From Chloroflexota bacterium (GTDB lineage: Bacteria > Chloroflexota > UBA11872 > VXOZ01): DNA of 64,000 nucleotides. The notes beneath the pieces were generated by a model, which worked only from the letters and a program-made list of their open reading frames with translations, was not told the DNA's origin and ran no database searches. The stretch covers positions 2,368,001 through 2,432,000 of the forward strand of contig OZ244922.1 in NCBI GenBank assembly GCA_965221905.1. The letters run 5' to 3'. Of this stretch, positions 47,694 to 58,918 are shown piece by piece (position 1 is the stretch's first letter; the number at the start of each line of letters is the position of its first letter). A program made the position numbers and the translations under genes.

Positions 47694-49031
47694 GTGGCTG
47701 TATCAACCCCTTCACAAAAATCACCGTCGCTGATACAGGCCGCCTACAACGCATTCAAGCTTCCCGATATTCGGCGCAAGCTCCTTTTTACGTTGGGCTT
47801 GCTTACTGTGTTTCGCTTCGCTGCGCACATCCCCGTGCCTGGTGTCGATCGTGAAGCCCTGCGGGAGCTCTTCCAACAGCAGCAGTTCCTCGGTCTGCTC
47901 GACATGTTCTCGGGTGGCGCCCTGGCAAACTTCTCCATCGTCGCCATGGGCGTGTACCCATACATTACGGCGACCATCATCGTGCAACTTATGACTCCGG
48001 TGATACCGGCGTTACAGGCGATGTCGCGGGAAGGAGGCGATAGCGCACGTGCCCGCATGAATCAATACATGCGCATTGGAACCGTGCCGCTTGCCGTGCT
48101 ATCATCCTTCGGGCAAGCAACGATTTTCACACAGATGGGCGTCATTCGGGGCTTCAATCTCTTCAATAGCGCGACATTTCTCAGCAGTCTCGCACTCATC
48201 ATCAGCATGACCGCGGGCACAATGTTCCTGGTTTGGCTCGGTGAACTCATCACGGAAAACGGCATCGGCCAAGGCATTTCGCTCATCATCTTTGCCGGAA
48301 TCGTCGCGCGGTTGCCCACCACCATTGGGCAAGCGGTATTCGGCCAGACCGGGGGCACGGCCACGTTCACGCTGCTCATTATCGGTGTGCTCTCCATCCT
48401 GATCGTTGTCGGCATCGTCGTGATGTACGAGGCCCAGCGGCGGATACCCGTGCACTACGCCAAGCGCATGCACGGACGCCGCCAGTACGGCGGACAGACC
48501 ACCCATATTCCGCTCAAGATCAACTCCGCCGGGATGATCCCCCTGATCTTTGCAATCTCATTCCTTATCTTCCCCAGCACGGTGGCCAGCTACTTCCAAG
48601 CGGCCAACGCCGGTTGGATCCGGAACGTTGCGACGTTCATCATCGGCGCCTTCGATCCACAAGGCCCGCTCTACTGGATGCTCTACTTCTTGCTTGTCGT
48701 CGCTTTCACATATTTCTACACTGCCATCATCTTCCAACAACAGAATATTCCGGAAGTTCTCCAAAAGAACGGAGGCTTCATTCCGGGCATTCGTCCCGGT
48801 CGCCCCACGGCGAATTATCTCAACAGTGTCATATTTCGCATCACGCTGGCAGGGGCGTTGTTCCTCGGTCTTATCGCAGTATCGCCCTTTATCATTCAAG
48901 GCATCACCGGGGTGCAGGCTCTGATGCTCAGCAGCACCGGCATGCTCATCGTCGTCGGCGTTGTGCAAGACACTATGAAGAATCTCGAAGCTCAGTTGCT
49001 CATGCGCCAATACGAAGGATTCTTGCGCTAG
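47694..49031 (+). CDS. secY: Preprotein translocase subunit SecY
   Basis: MGVYPYITA, WLGELIT, IPLIFA, FIPGIRPG. Confidence 0.98.
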   Translation: MAVSTPSQKSPSLIQAAYNAFKLPDIRRKLLFTLGLLTVFRFAAHIPVPGVDREALRELFQQQQFLGLLDMFSGGALANFSIVAMGVYPYITATIIVQLMTPVIPALQAMSREGGDSARARMNQYMRIGTVPLAVLSSFGQATIFTQMGVIRGFNLFNSATFLSSLALIISMTAGTMFLVWLGELITENGIGQGISLIIFAGIVARLPTTIGQAVFGQTGGTATFTLLIIGVLSILIVVGIVVMYEAQRRIPVHYAKRMHGRRQYGGQTTHIPLKINSAGMIPLIFAISFLIFPSTVASYFQAANAGWIRNVATFIIGAFDPQGPLYWMLYFLLVVAFTYFYTAIIFQQQNIPEVLQKNGGFIPGIRPGRPTANYLNSVIFRITLAGALFLGLIAVSPFIIQGITGVQALMLSSTGMLIVVGVVQDTMKNLEAQLLMRQYEGFLR

Positions 49032-49711
49032 TGCCGAAGTTGCCTTCGTTAACGACGCTGAACCTCATCCTGCTTGGCCCTCCCGGCGCAGGCAAAGGCA
49101 CGCAGGCACGTGCCATCGCCGGGACTTTCGGCCTGCGGCACCTTTCTACCGGTGACCTCCTGCGAAAACACATTCAAGATCAGACTTCGCTAGGAGCGCA
49201 ATCGCAAGTCTACTATGACAAAGGCGAGTACGTGCCTGACCGGCTCGTCGTCGCAATCGTAAAAGAGGAACTTTCGCTAATTCACCCTAGGGTCGGTGTG
49301 GTACTGGATGGATTTCCTCGGACCGTGGCGCAAGCAGAGTCGCTTGAGCGGACGTTGGAGGAATTCGGCCAGCAGATCGATGCGGCCATCGAGCTTGCCA
49401 GCGACACGGAAGAGATAGTACAGCGGGCGGAAGGCCGTCGCATATGCCCGCAAGGTCACACGTACCATACGGTGAACAATCCTCCTCGGACCGCGGGCCG
49501 CTGCGACGTAGATCATCTTCCCCTCAAGCAGCGTGTGGATGACCGGCCCGCGACAGTACGCAGGCGCATCAAGGTCTACCGTGAACAGAGTCAGCCGCTC
49601 CTAGGGTATTACGCTGAGAAACATCTCCTACGCAGCGTGGACGGTACCCAGACAATTGAGGAAGTGACAGAGAGCATAAGAGACGTTCTGAGTGAGGTCT
49701 GTGTGTATTAA
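49031..49711 (+). CDS. adk: Adenylate kinase
   Basis: GPPGAGKGTQA, STGDLLR, LDGFPRT. Confidence 0.97.
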   Translation: MPKLPSLTTLNLILLGPPGAGKGTQARAIAGTFGLRHLSTGDLLRKHIQDQTSLGAQSQVYYDKGEYVPDRLVVAIVKEELSLIHPRVGVVLDGFPRTVAQAESLERTLEEFGQQIDAAIELASDTEEIVQRAEGRRICPQGHTYHTVNNPPRTAGRCDVDHLPLKQRVDDRPATVRRRIKVYREQSQPLLGYYAEKHLLRSVDGTQTIEEVTESIRDVLSEVCVY

Positions 49712-49738
49712 TATGGCCCTTTGTAGTAGAAAACGCAC

Positions 49739-50503
49739 GTGCAAGTGACCCAAGCTATTCGGCTCAAGACCCCGCGACAGTTGCACTTCATGCGCCAAGC
49801 GGGTAACATAGTAGCTGAAGTCCTTGCGCTACTCGGCGAACATATCGTGCCTGGCGCGACTACGGCAGAGTTGGATGCGCTGGCAGAAGCCGAGATAAAG
49901 AAGCGCGGGGCTGTGCCGTCTTTCAAGGGGTATCACGGCTTTCCGTGCACAATTTGCGCGTCGGTAAATGAGCAGATCGTGCATGGCATTCCTAGCGAAT
50001 ACCGCTTGCAGGAGGGCGACATATTGAGCATCGACGTAGGCGCTATCTACAAAGGATGGCACGGCGATGCAGCGGTGACGCACGCGGTCGGCCAAGCAAG
50101 TGCCGAAGCTGAACGCGTGATGGACGCAACGCAAGAAGCGCTGCGTCGTGGTATTGCGGCGGCTGTGCCGGATAACCACCTCGGCGACATTGGATTTGCC
50201 ATTCAGTCGTGGGTGGAGGCGCAAGGACTTGCCGTAATTCGGGACTTTGTTGGACATGGCATAGGAAAGGTAATGCACGAGGCCCCGCAGGTGCCGAACT
50301 TCGGTGAGGCAGGCTCCGGGGTTAAACTACGACCCGGCATGACGATTGCCATTGAACCAATGGTGTCTGTCGGGGATTGGCGTGTTAAAGTGCTCGACGA
50401 CGGTTGGACTGCCGTCACTGTGGATGGTAGTCTATCAGCTCATTACGAGCACTCCATTGCCATTACAAGTGAAGGTCCGGAGATCCTTACCAAAGTTGCA
50501 TAG
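49739..50503 (+). CDS. map: Methionine aminopeptidase type I
   Basis: HGIP, DVG...HGD, GHGIG..MHE, AIEPM, AHYEHS. Confidence 0.97.
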   Translation: MQVTQAIRLKTPRQLHFMRQAGNIVAEVLALLGEHIVPGATTAELDALAEAEIKKRGAVPSFKGYHGFPCTICASVNEQIVHGIPSEYRLQEGDILSIDVGAIYKGWHGDAAVTHAVGQASAEAERVMDATQEALRRGIAAAVPDNHLGDIGFAIQSWVEAQGLAVIRDFVGHGIGKVMHEAPQVPNFGEAGSGVKLRPGMTIAIEPMVSVGDWRVKVLDDGWTAVTVDGSLSAHYEHSIAITSEGPEILTKVA

Positions 50504-50526
50504 TCGGTGAACGCTCGGAGATTGCG

Positions 50527-50751
50527 GTGCCAAAGAAGAAAGACACGATTGAAATCGAGGGTGTCGTCCAAGACGTGCTTCCTAATGCAGTCTTTCGTGT
50601 CGAGCTTGATAACGGACATGAGGTCACAGCACACCTTTCCGGCAAACTACGGCTCAACTTCATTCGGGTTGGCGCAGGCGATCGCGTAACAGTAGAGCTT
50701 TCGCCATACGACTTAACTCGCGGCAGGATCACCTGGCGGGGGAGGAGATAA
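50527..50751 (+). CDS. infA: Translation initiation factor IF-1
   Basis: [25 protein letters not shown]. Confidence 0.98.
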   Translation: MPKKKDTIEIEGVVQDVLPNAVFRVELDNGHEVTAHLSGKLRLNFIRVGAGDRVTVELSPYDLTRGRITWRGRR

Positions 50752-50756
50752 GATCA

Positions 50757-50870
50757 ATGAAGGTGCAGGCGTCTGTAAAGCGACGTTGCGAGCAGTGCAA
50801 GGTGGTTCGACGCAAAAGGGTTGTACGCATCATTTGCACAAATCCTCGCCATAAGCAACGGCAAGGATAA
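50757..50870 (+). CDS. rpmJ: 50S ribosomal protein L36 (not in the ORF track)
   Basis: Hand translation: [37 protein letters not shown]. Confidence 0.97.
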   Translation: MKVQASVKRRCEQCKVVRRKRVVRIICTNPRHKQRQG

Positions 50871-50922
50871 TCGGGGAACTGCAAATCGAAGTGGACTGAG
50901 TATCGTTCACAGGAGGAGCAGC

Positions 50923-51306
50923 ATGGCACGAATTGTAGGCGTGGACCTACCGCGAGAAAAACACATTTGGGTGGGGCTAACGTATATCTACGGCATTGGA
51001 CGCACAACGTCCTACAAGATCTTGGAAAAGGCCCAAGTGGTGCCGGAAACCAAAGTGCAAGACCTCACGGAAGATGAGGTGAACCGCATCCGAGAGGTCA
51101 TAACTGCCAGCCACATTGTGGAAGGCGACCTCCGCCGCGAAGTGCAGCAAAACATCGGACGACTCATTGAAATTGGATGTTATCGTGGCATGCGCCACCG
51201 GCGCGGCCTGCCTGCGCACGGACAGCGCACACGCACCAATGCCCGGACGCGTAAGGGGCGACCCAAGACGGTTGCCGGCCGTAAGCGGGCAGTGTTGAAG
51301 AAGTAG
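50923..51306 (+). CDS. rpsM: 30S ribosomal protein S13
   Basis: [26 protein letters not shown]. Confidence 0.98.
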   Translation: MARIVGVDLPREKHIWVGLTYIYGIGRTTSYKILEKAQVVPETKVQDLTEDEVNRIREVITASHIVEGDLRREVQQNIGRLIEIGCYRGMRHRRGLPAHGQRTRTNARTRKGRPKTVAGRKRAVLKK

Positions 51307-51326
51307 CAAACCGAGGGGATTAGGCA

Positions 51327-51710
51327 ATGCCGGCAACACGCTCACGCAGGCGCGAAAGACGCACCGTCGCTCGCGGTAAGGCGTTCATTCAGTCCACATT
51401 CAATAATACCTTGATTACAATCACGGACATGAACGGTAATACTTTGTGTTGGGCAAGCTCCGGTTCTGCCGGCTTCAAAGGCTCCCGCAAGGGCACGCCC
51501 TACGCCGCACAGGTTGCAGCGGAAACGGTTGCCCGCAAGGCAGCCGACTTCGGCATGGGACAGGTGGAAGTCTCCTTAAAAGGCCCGGGGTCAGGGCGCG
51601 AGTCCGCGGTTCGCTCACTCCAAGCCGGTGGCATTCAAGTTATGAGCATTACCGACGTAACGCCCATACCGCACAATGGCCCACGTCCTCCCCGACGTAG
51701 GCGCGTTTAG
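51327..51710 (+). CDS. rpsK: 30S ribosomal protein S11
   Basis: [22 protein letters not shown]. Confidence 0.98.
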   Translation: MPATRSRRRERRTVARGKAFIQSTFNNTLITITDMNGNTLCWASSGSAGFKGSRKGTPYAAQVAAETVARKAADFGMGQVEVSLKGPGSGRESAVRSLQAGGIQVMSITDVTPIPHNGPRPPRRRRV

Positions 51711-51737
51711 TAACTGCAGGAGATTTGAGGAAAGTAT

Positions 51738-52367
51738 ATGGGACGATATGTTGGCCCCGTGTGTCGGCTGTGCCGCCGGGAAGCGCAGAAGCTCTTTCTG
51801 AAGGGAGACAAGTGCTTCACACAAAAGTGCCCGGTTGAGAAACGAAAGAAACCACCCGGCATGCACGGTGAAATGCGACGTCGGATTTCAGATTACGGCA
51901 CGCGCTTACGGGAAAAGCAGAAGGCCCGGCGCATGTATGGGATTTTCGAGCGCCAGTTTCGCAATTACTTCGAGCTCGCTACGTCACGCCCTGGAGTCAC
52001 AGGGTCTACTCTCCTCCAACTGCTCGAAAGCCGGCTGGACAATGTAGTCTATCGCCTTGGTTTCGCCTCTTCTCGCGCTGCGGCTCGGCAAATTGTGTGC
52101 CACGGTCACTTCACACTGAATGGCCGAAAGTGCGACATTCCCTCCGCCCTCCTTGATGAAGGCGATGTGGTTAGCGTTAGTTCAAACAGCCGGAAGAATG
52201 AGTACTTCAAGATCGCCGCAGAGCGGCTGACTTCAGTGGCTGTGCCGAACTGGCTCACCATTGATCGAGAGAATTTCCAAGGCAAGGTCATTACTTTGCC
52301 AACGCGACAAGAGATCGACGCTGACCTCAACGAGCAACTAATCGTTGAGTATTATTCTCGTCGGTAA
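51738..52367 (+). CDS. rpsD: 30S ribosomal protein S4 (Cys-containing type)
   Basis: [25 protein letters not shown]. Confidence 0.98.
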   Translation: MGRYVGPVCRLCRREAQKLFLKGDKCFTQKCPVEKRKKPPGMHGEMRRRISDYGTRLREKQKARRMYGIFERQFRNYFELATSRPGVTGSTLLQLLESRLDNVVYRLGFASSRAAARQIVCHGHFTLNGRKCDIPSALLDEGDVVSVSSNSRKNEYFKIAAERLTSVAVPNWLTIDRENFQGKVITLPTRQEIDADLNEQLIVEYYSRR

Positions 52368-52464
52368 GTAGGAAAGTAAGCCGCCCCTTAAAACGTGTGC
52401 AGGCGTATAGGGCCGCATTTCGCAAAAATATGAGCGTACCTGTGTATTGGGAGGTAATTCCCCA

Positions 52465-53439
52465 TTGGAACTGCAGGAAGTACAACCCGAAGTCAGAGTA
52501 ATTGAAACTGAAGACAACTACGGTCATTTTCGTATTGAGCCGCTGAAGCGTGGCTACGGCCATACGTTGGGCAACGCAATGCGGCGTGTGCTCCTTTCGT
52601 CGCTTCCGGGCGCGGCTATTTCGTCCATACGGATTACCGGAGTGCTCCACGAGTTTGCCGATATACCCGGCGTAACAGAAGATGTTACACAGATCATCCT
52701 CAACATCAAACGCATTCGTTTGACGTCCACGGCTGAGCATCCCATTGAACTCTACCTCTCCGTAAACCGTGAAGGTGACGCTACCGCTGCGGACATCAAG
52801 TGCCCGCCTGAAATCAACATCGTCAATCCCGATCAATTAATCGCCACGCTGGATTCCGATGACGCCGAATTGGAAATGTACTTGACGGTTGAGCAAGGCA
52901 TCGGCTTCACGCTCTCCAATACGCAGGAAGACACGCCCATTGGGGAAGTGCCCGTAGACGCGATCTTTACCCCAATCCGACGCGTGGAGTATCGCGTGGA
53001 GCACGCCCGCGTCGGTCAAGTAACGGACTTAGACGCCCTCATCCTCCGCGTATGGACCGATGGTACCCTTACCCCGGAAACCGCACTCGGCCAGAGTGGT
53101 CAAATCCTGTGCGATTACTTCTCCTTGATTCGCGATTTCCATCCGCTTGTACAGCGCATTGAGGTAGGGATCGCGCGCCCGGATCCGATTTCGTCAACCC
53201 CGCTGGAGTCACTACAACTGCAGAACCGAGCCTACAACGCGCTGCGTCGCGGCGGCATTAGCACGGTGGAACAACTCCTCGCTACGGATGAGGATAACCT
53301 CCTGAAAATCCAGGGGCTGGGTTCCAAGACGCTGTCTGAAGTAAAAGAAAGACTGGCGCAAAGTGATCTCTTCTTGACAGAGTCGAATGGCGCGGGTGGC
53401 GCGGGCGATGCCGAGGAAGTAGAGGAGGTGCCCGTGTGA
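52465..53439 (+). CDS. rpoA: RNA polymerase subunit alpha
   Basis: EPL.RGYGHTLGNAMRRVLLSS, VDAIFTP, RAYNAL; TTG start after GGAGGT. Confidence 0.98.
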   Translation: MELQEVQPEVRVIETEDNYGHFRIEPLKRGYGHTLGNAMRRVLLSSLPGAAISSIRITGVLHEFADIPGVTEDVTQIILNIKRIRLTSTAEHPIELYLSVNREGDATAADIKCPPEINIVNPDQLIATLDSDDAELEMYLTVEQGIGFTLSNTQEDTPIGEVPVDAIFTPIRRVEYRVEHARVGQVTDLDALILRVWTDGTLTPETALGQSGQILCDYFSLIRDFHPLVQRIEVGIARPDPISSTPLESLQLQNRAYNALRRGGISTVEQLLATDEDNLLKIQGLGSKTLSEVKERLAQSDLFLTESNGAGGAGDAEEVEEVPV

Positions 53440-53789
53440 GAAAGAGAATGTACGTTCGAAGGCTTAACCGGGACAAGGGCAAGCGAGAAGCCCTGTGCCG
53501 CAACTTAATCAGCACGCTTGTGCTCAACGGTGAAATACACACCACTACGGCGCGCGCCAAGGAAGTTCGCTCCCGCGCAGAGCGGTTGATCACACTGGCC
53601 AAGCGCGGAGATCTGCATGCCCGCAGACTAGCGCTCTCGCGCCTTCCCCATCAAGAGGCTATTCACCACCTCTTCAATGAGCTTGGACCGCGCTATGCCG
53701 ACAGACCGGGCGGGTACACGCGTGCCTTGCGCCTTGGTACCCGTCGCGGCGACGGAGCGCAAGTAATGATGGTCCAATTGGTGGAATAA
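53436..53789 (+). CDS. rplQ: 50S ribosomal protein L17
   Basis: TTTARAKE, ITLAK, RPGGYTR, RRGDGA. Confidence 0.98.
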   Translation: MRKRMYVRRLNRDKGKREALCRNLISTLVLNGEIHTTTARAKEVRSRAERLITLAKRGDLHARRLALSRLPHQEAIHHLFNELGPRYADRPGGYTRALRLGTRRGDGAQVMMVQLVE

Positions 53790-53886
53790 GCGCTCGTTTT
53801 CTTTAGCAGCAACTAGACACATATCTTTCGCCATCATGTAGAATAGGCAAGCAACGTTCGAAAGGAAGCAAGAAGAGGTATAGAGC

Positions 53887-54693
53887 ATAGGCGCTCGCAT
53901 AGCGAGGAGAGAGACCGGTAAGTTTCGCTGTCTCGTAGCGTACGACGGCACTCCCTTCAGTGGGTTCCAATTGCAGGTCGGCAGGCCCACCGTGCAGGAG
54001 GAGTTGGAAAAGGCGATCGAGCGCATTACGCAGCATCCGACTCGCGTGGTGGCTGCCGGTCGAACGGATGCAGGCGTTCACGCCACCGGTCAAGTGATCC
54101 ATTTTCTATCGGCTTGGCCGCATCCACCCGGTGACCTTCAACGGGCAATGAATGCAGTGTTGCCTAGGACGGTCGCCGTAGCCGACTTAGAAATTGCAGC
54201 GTCGGAGTTCCACGCACGTTACAGCGCCAGAAGTAGGCGGTATCGATACGACATCATAAACTGCGAAACCCGGTCACCAATCACGCATCGGTTCGCACTG
54301 CATCGGAGCCGCCCACTAGATGCCGCAGCCATGCACGACGCGCTGCAATACCTGGGAGGAACTCACGATTTTCGGGCCTTTGCAGCGGGTGAACCCGCTA
54401 ATTTGAACGCTGTACGCAACGTGTTGAGCGCTTCTTGCAGCCGGTCCGAAGATATGCTGCGGATTGTAGTGGTAGCAAATGCGTTCTTGCGCCACATGAT
54501 GCGTCGGATTGTAGGGACCCTGCTGGAAATCGGAGAAGGGCGCAAGCCGATTGAACACATGGAACGAGTATTGGCTACGAGAGACAAAGCAGAGGCGGGG
54601 CCGACAGCCCCGGCCAAGGGGCTATTCTTGATCCGGGTAACGTACCCTGATACGCTCGCCCCAAAGAGAACAAAAGAGGACCAAGCAGAATGA
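53887..54693 (+). CDS. truA: tRNA pseudouridine(38-40) synthase; probable ATA start
   Basis: [40 protein letters not shown]; the start position is inferred. Confidence 0.93.
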   Translation: MGARIARRETGKFRCLVAYDGTPFSGFQLQVGRPTVQEELEKAIERITQHPTRVVAAGRTDAGVHATGQVIHFLSAWPHPPGDLQRAMNAVLPRTVAVADLEIAASEFHARYSARSRRYRYDIINCETRSPITHRFALHRSRPLDAAAMHDALQYLGGTHDFRAFAAGEPANLNAVRNVLSASCSRSEDMLRIVVVANAFLRHMMRRIVGTLLEIGEGRKPIEHMERVLATRDKAEAGPTAPAKGLFLIRVTYPDTLAPKRTKEDQAE

Positions 54694-55124
54694 AAACGTC
54701 GGTAACTGCCGTAACACGTCCCAACGACGTGGAACGTCGCTGGTATGTGGTCGACGCTACGGGACTAACCCTTGGCAGGCTTGCAACCCGCATTGCGCAC
54801 GTGCTCCGCGGCAAGCATAAGCCGCATTACGCCCCTAACATCGACACTGGCGACTTCGTGATTGTAGTCAACGCCGCACAGGTTGCCGTTACGGGACGCA
54901 AACTCGAACAGAAGACGTACTACCGCCACACCGGTTATCCAAGCGGCATCATTGCGATCACCTTGGAAGATCAACTAGAGCGGCACCCACATCGTGTCAT
55001 CGAACACGCTGTGCGGGGCATGCTCCCCCACAACCGCTTGGGACGTGCAATGTTTAAGAAGCTGAAAGTCTATGGCGGGCCCGACCATCCACATCAGGCC
55101 CAATTGCCTGAGTCATTACTTTAG
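54690..55124 (+). CDS. rplM: 50S ribosomal protein L13
   Basis: WYVVDA, LGRLA, RGKHKP, RGMLP. Confidence 0.98.
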   Translation: MKTSVTAVTRPNDVERRWYVVDATGLTLGRLATRIAHVLRGKHKPHYAPNIDTGDFVIVVNAAQVAVTGRKLEQKTYYRHTGYPSGIIAITLEDQLERHPHRVIEHAVRGMLPHNRLGRAMFKKLKVYGGPDHPHQAQLPESLL

Positions 55125-55146
55125 AACATGACAGGAGCAAATACCG

Positions 55147-55545
55147 ATGAGTAGCGATGGTAGCGCCCCGTACTACGTAGCAGTGGGGCGGCGGAAAGAA
55201 GCCGTGGCTCGTATCCGTCTCTATAGCGGGGAACGCGGCGTTGTGGTCAACGGCCGGCCGGTTGAAGACTATTTCCCACGCACCTTGCACCAAAACGTAA
55301 TACAAGAACCGCTAGACATGGTTGGCGCTACCTTCCGCATATCGGCGAAGGTAGTCGGCGGCGGCATTAGCGGGCAGGCGGATGCAATTCGGCACGGTGT
55401 CGCGCGAGCGCTGGTCAATGCCAACGAGCAATACCGCTTCACGCTGCGTAAGGCCGGGCTGCTCACCCGCGATGCTCGAGTAAAGGAACGCAAGAAGTAC
55501 GGGCTGAAGCGCGCGCGCAAGGCGCCTCAGTACACGAAGCGCTAA
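55147..55545 (+). CDS. rpsI: 30S ribosomal protein S9
   Basis: [23 protein letters not shown]. Confidence 0.98.
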   Translation: MSSDGSAPYYVAVGRRKEAVARIRLYSGERGVVVNGRPVEDYFPRTLHQNVIQEPLDMVGATFRISAKVVGGGISGQADAIRHGVARALVNANEQYRFTLRKAGLLTRDARVKERKKYGLKRARKAPQYTKR

Positions 55546-55559
55546 CCCGCCTAGCCACG

Positions 55560-56108
55560 CTACGGCTGGACTTGCTCTTCCTCGCTTGGCTCCGCCAGTT
55601 CAGCCAGGAATCGCTCTCGTTCGGGCAAGTCGTCCAAGCTTGCCAGGCCGAAGCACTTCAGGAATTCAAAGGTAGTGTTGTACTCAATTGGTCGACCAGG
55701 CGTGAGCCGTCTCTCTCCTGCAACCACCAACTCGCGGCTGATCAACACTGCCAGCGTGTGGTCCGCGTTTACCCCGCGCATACGCTCGATTTCGGCGCGT
55801 GTGACCGGTTGGTAGTAAGCGACAATCGCGAGGGTCTCCAGGGCCGCACGCGAAAGCCGCTCCCCACGGTGCACACCCAGCAATGTGCGAATATACGGCG
55901 CTGCGTCCGGGTGCGAAACAAACAGGAACGCCCCCTCTTGCTCCTGCAGCAAGATTCCTCGCCCGTGGCGGGCGGTCTGCAACTCTTCCAAAGCGGCAGC
56001 CACGGCCCGGGGTGACTCGCCCGTGATTCGCGCCAACTCCTGCACGGTCAGCGGCCGTTCGGCTACGAACAATAGCCCCTCAAGGAGAGCAATCAGTGAC
56101 AGCGGCAT
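55560..56108 (-). CDS. scpB: SMC-Scp complex subunit ScpB
   Basis: LSRAALETLAIVAYYQPVTRAEIE, PGRP, FGL. Confidence 0.96.
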   Translation of the reverse strand: MPLSLIALLEGLLFVAERPLTVQELARITGESPRAVAAALEELQTARHGRGILLQEQEGAFLFVSHPDAAPYIRTLLGVHRGERLSRAALETLAIVAYYQPVTRAEIERMRGVNADHTLAVLISRELVVAGERRLTPGRPIEYNTTFEFLKCFGLASLDDLPERERFLAELAEPSEEEQVQP

Positions 56109-56112
56109 CCGA

Positions 56113-56901
56113 TCACCGTACCTGTCGAATCACGTCCTCGGCCGGGTCGCCGGTCTGAGCAATGTCCGCCCTGCTCAGTGGATCCGCAACACGGCCCGAA
56201 TCCGCGGGCAGGATCAGAATATCGGCATAGAGTTCAGTCTGCCGCACCGTAGCCTTGCGCAAACGCAGAAATTCAAGCACTGCTAGGAAGGCCACCACAA
56301 TCTCTTCCAATGATTGCGCTGTCCGGACAAGCTCGCGAAACCCAGTTTTGCCGTTTACGACAAGAAGCCTGCCAATTCGGTCAAGGTAGGTCTCGATATA
56401 CACCTTGCGCCGGGCCACAGTAGGGAGTTCTTCTTCCTTTTCTTCTAGCACCGCCGCAAGCGCGCTCACGAGGTCTTCAGGGGCATAGTTCACAAGCTGA
56501 GACGTTGGCAATGGCAGCGGCATCGGGGCGGGAGCAATGCGCTGATACGCAACGTCGCGCTCTTCCTGCCAAGCCGCAACCGTCGACATCAACTGCTTGA
56601 ATCGCTCATAGCCTCGTAGTTGCTCTTCAAGGGACTCTTCCGTCTCATCAGTCAAGTCCTGCGGCTCGTGCAGTAGAGCCTGGGACTTGCCATACATCAA
56701 TTGGGCAGCTACGCGCAGGAATCCCGCTAGCAGCGGGCCGTCCAGTTCTTGCATGCTCTGCACGTGCTCCAGGAACTGCTTCGTCACCGCGACCAGCGAC
56801 AGTTCCGTTATGTCCAGTTTCTGCTCTTGTATGAGCCGTAGCAAAACGTCAAGGGGGCCTTCGAATATAGCAAGGCGCACCGTTGGCATTGGGGATGCCA
56901 T
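56113..56901 (-). CDS. scpA: Segregation/condensation protein A
   Basis: FEGPLDVLLRLI, FLAVLE. Confidence 0.95.
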   Translation of the reverse strand: MASPMPTVRLAIFEGPLDVLLRLIQEQKLDITELSLVAVTKQFLEHVQSMQELDGPLLAGFLRVAAQLMYGKSQALLHEPQDLTDETEESLEEQLRGYERFKQLMSTVAAWQEERDVAYQRIAPAPMPLPLPTSQLVNYAPEDLVSALAAVLEEKEEELPTVARRKVYIETYLDRIGRLLVVNGKTGFRELVRTAQSLEEIVVAFLAVLEFLRLRKATVRQTELYADILILPADSGRVADPLSRADIAQTGDPAEDVIRQVR

Positions 56902-56905
56902 GTTA

Positions 56906-57607
56906 CTAACCTAAGAACAGGCGCATGAGGAAGATAACCGGAGGGCCAAGTATTTTTTGAAAGATTCCAATCCGCAGGAACCACTGATCTAAGAGGACGA
57001 TAATGAGCAGCACGAACGGCCCCTGCCGCTCAAGCCATGAAATGGACGGTACAATGTTCGGCGGCAAGAAGCGCAGCAGAATCCGATACCCATCCAAAGG
57101 CGGAATGGGGATGATGTTGAATACCGCCAAAGCGATATTAATCTGTACCACGATTAGGAGGATAGTTGCGATTGCCGCAGAAGTGGTGCCAGCAATCGTA
57201 TCGGGCGAGGAGATCAAGTTTCGAGCAAGAAACCCAATAGCAGCCGCGGCGATGAGATTGGCGGCGGGACCAGCGGCGGCCACCATTGCGCCCCCCGAAA
57301 TCGGTCCATTGCGCAGATTGGCCGGATTGTAGGGCACCGGCTTGCCCCAGCCGAAGCCAATGAGGAAGATCATGAGGGTACCCAGCAGGTCGAGATGCGC
57401 AAGCGGATTGAGTGTTAGTCGTCCTTGAGAGCGCGCCGTCGGATCGCCAAGCCGATTCGCCATCCATGCGTGGCTGAACTCATGCACAGAAATTCCAATG
57501 ACAAGTGCAAGGAGCAGACCGAGAAATACCGCCGGATTGGCAAGCTGGGCAAGCAAGATTGACCTCGCGTCAGATGGGTTGGGTAGCAGTCGATTGGACA
57601 CCCCCAT
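56906..57607 (-). CDS. Site-2 protease (M50, YwhC-like); start uncertain
   Basis: HEFSH, GDPTAR..GRLTLNP, GWGKPVP, NIIPIPPLDG. Confidence 0.92.
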   Translation of the reverse strand: MGVSNRLLPNPSDARSILLAQLANPAVFLGLLLALVIGISVHEFSHAWMANRLGDPTARSQGRLTLNPLAHLDLLGTLMIFLIGFGWGKPVPYNPANLRNGPISGGAMVAAAGPAANLIAAAAIGFLARNLISSPDTIAGTTSAAIATILLIVVQINIALAVFNIIPIPPLDGYRILLRFLPPNIVPSISWLERQGPFVLLIIVLLDQWFLRIGIFQKILGPPVIFLMRLFLG

Positions 57608-57744
57608 CGTAGCATCGGCCCTACGAAATGACAACATAACTTGTCGGGGGCAACCGCATTTGCTACGATGAAGCAGTGCGCCCACGTCTAGGCTTGGGCG
57701 GGCATTGCTGTGAGCCAAGATTGCAGTTTGTCCAAGGGTAAGTT

Positions 57745-58071
57745 ATGCGCGCGAATGCCGCTCATGTAGATCCGGTAGAGATGTTTGCGGGCGTTCACCG
57801 CAAGACTCTGGCCTATGGCGAAAACGCCATGATCTGCCAGATTATCTTTGCTCCCGGCGGCGACGTACCCATGCACCATCACCCAAATGAGCAAACAGGG
57901 TATGTCCTCGAGGGCACTCTGAAACTCACTATTGGCGCGGACTTACTCGAGCTAGAGCCTGGAGAGACCTATGTCATTCCCGGCAATACGCCGCATGCGG
58001 CCACGGCAGACGAACCAACGGTTGTGCTCGACGTATTTTCGCCGCCGCGGGAAGACTATAAGGATGATTGA
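57745..58071 (+). CDS. Cupin domain protein
   Basis: [32 protein letters not shown]. Confidence 0.92.
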   Translation: MRANAAHVDPVEMFAGVHRKTLAYGENAMICQIIFAPGGDVPMHHHPNEQTGYVLEGTLKLTIGADLLELEPGETYVIPGNTPHAATADEPTVVLDVFSPPREDYKDD

Positions 58072-58327
58072 GGCACTGGACAGAGCCAACCGGTTGAGTT
58101 CGGCGCTGAACTTGGAACGGACTAAACCTCAGTAGTGACGGTTAAGAACCCCAAAGTCTGCTTGGCCAAAGCGAGCTTGCCCATAGACAAGCTCTAGGTG
58201 AATAGGCGAACAGACAGGGCAAGTCAACATTGGAACAGGACAGCGGGTTTCGTGACGGAGACAACAAGATTGCAACCACTTTATGTAGACTACAATCCAT
58301 CGAAAGTAGCTAAGGAGAAATAGCACT

Positions 58328-58570
58328 TTGCTTAGAATTCGTCTTACTCGCATCGGCAAACGAAAGCAGCCTCACTATCGGGTTGTCGTGGCCGAATCCA
58401 CCACTGCGCGCAACGGGAGTCATGTAGAAATTTTGGGGCACTACAATCCACGCACTGAGCCCTCTACCGTAGTAATCGATACCGAGCGCGCACAGGAATG
58501 GTTGGATAAGGGCGCGCAGCCAAGCGATCGCGTACGCAAGCTGCTCAAGATTGCCGGATTGGAGGCCTGA
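58328..58570 (+). CDS. rpsP: 30S ribosomal protein S16
   Basis: IRLTRIG, YRVVVA, GAQPS. Confidence 0.97.
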   Translation: MLRIRLTRIGKRKQPHYRVVVAESTTARNGSHVEILGHYNPRTEPSTVVIDTERAQEWLDKGAQPSDRVRKLLKIAGLEA

Positions 58571-58572
58571 GA

Positions 58573-58908
58573 ATGTATCAACAACGCTCGGGCAGGCCTC
58601 GTGACGGCGGCCGCCGGGGCCCGCGGCAATGGGGTGGAGGCGATCGTGACAATCGCGGCGATAGCGGTACAATTCCGGCCCTCACGGGCCTGATCGAATT
58701 TGTTGCTTACGGCCTCGTGCGAAACGTCGACGCTGTGCAAGTGCGCGAAATCGTGCGTTCACAGGCAGTAGTTTACGAGCTGCGCGTGGCTGATGAAGAC
58801 AAGGGTCGCGTGATTGGTAGAGATGGCCGCATAGCGCAGGCGTTGCGGACAGTAATGCGCGCTGCAGCCGGTGAGTCGAGCCGCCGAATCGCGCTCGACA
58901 TTATCTAA
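58573..58908 (+). CDS. khpA: KH-domain RNA-binding protein with RG-rich N-terminal extension
   Basis: DKGRVIGRDGR..ALRT; lies between rpsP and rimM. Confidence 0.9.
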   Translation: MYQQRSGRPRDGGRRGPRQWGGGDRDNRGDSGTIPALTGLIEFVAYGLVRNVDAVQVREIVRSQAVVYELRVADEDKGRVIGRDGRIAQALRTVMRAAAGESSRRIALDII

Positions 58909-58918
58909 ATTGAGCAAA

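Noticed and set aside
48614-49030. Long N-terminal extension of adk in the ORF track (likewise for the ATPase, M6-like peptidase and rpmD)
   Set aside because: These overlap upstream genes out of frame; better starts exist at the conserved N-termini
58072-58327. Small hairpins upstream of rpsP as SRP RNA or another ncRNA
   Set aside because: No SRP or other recognisable consensus; the stems are short
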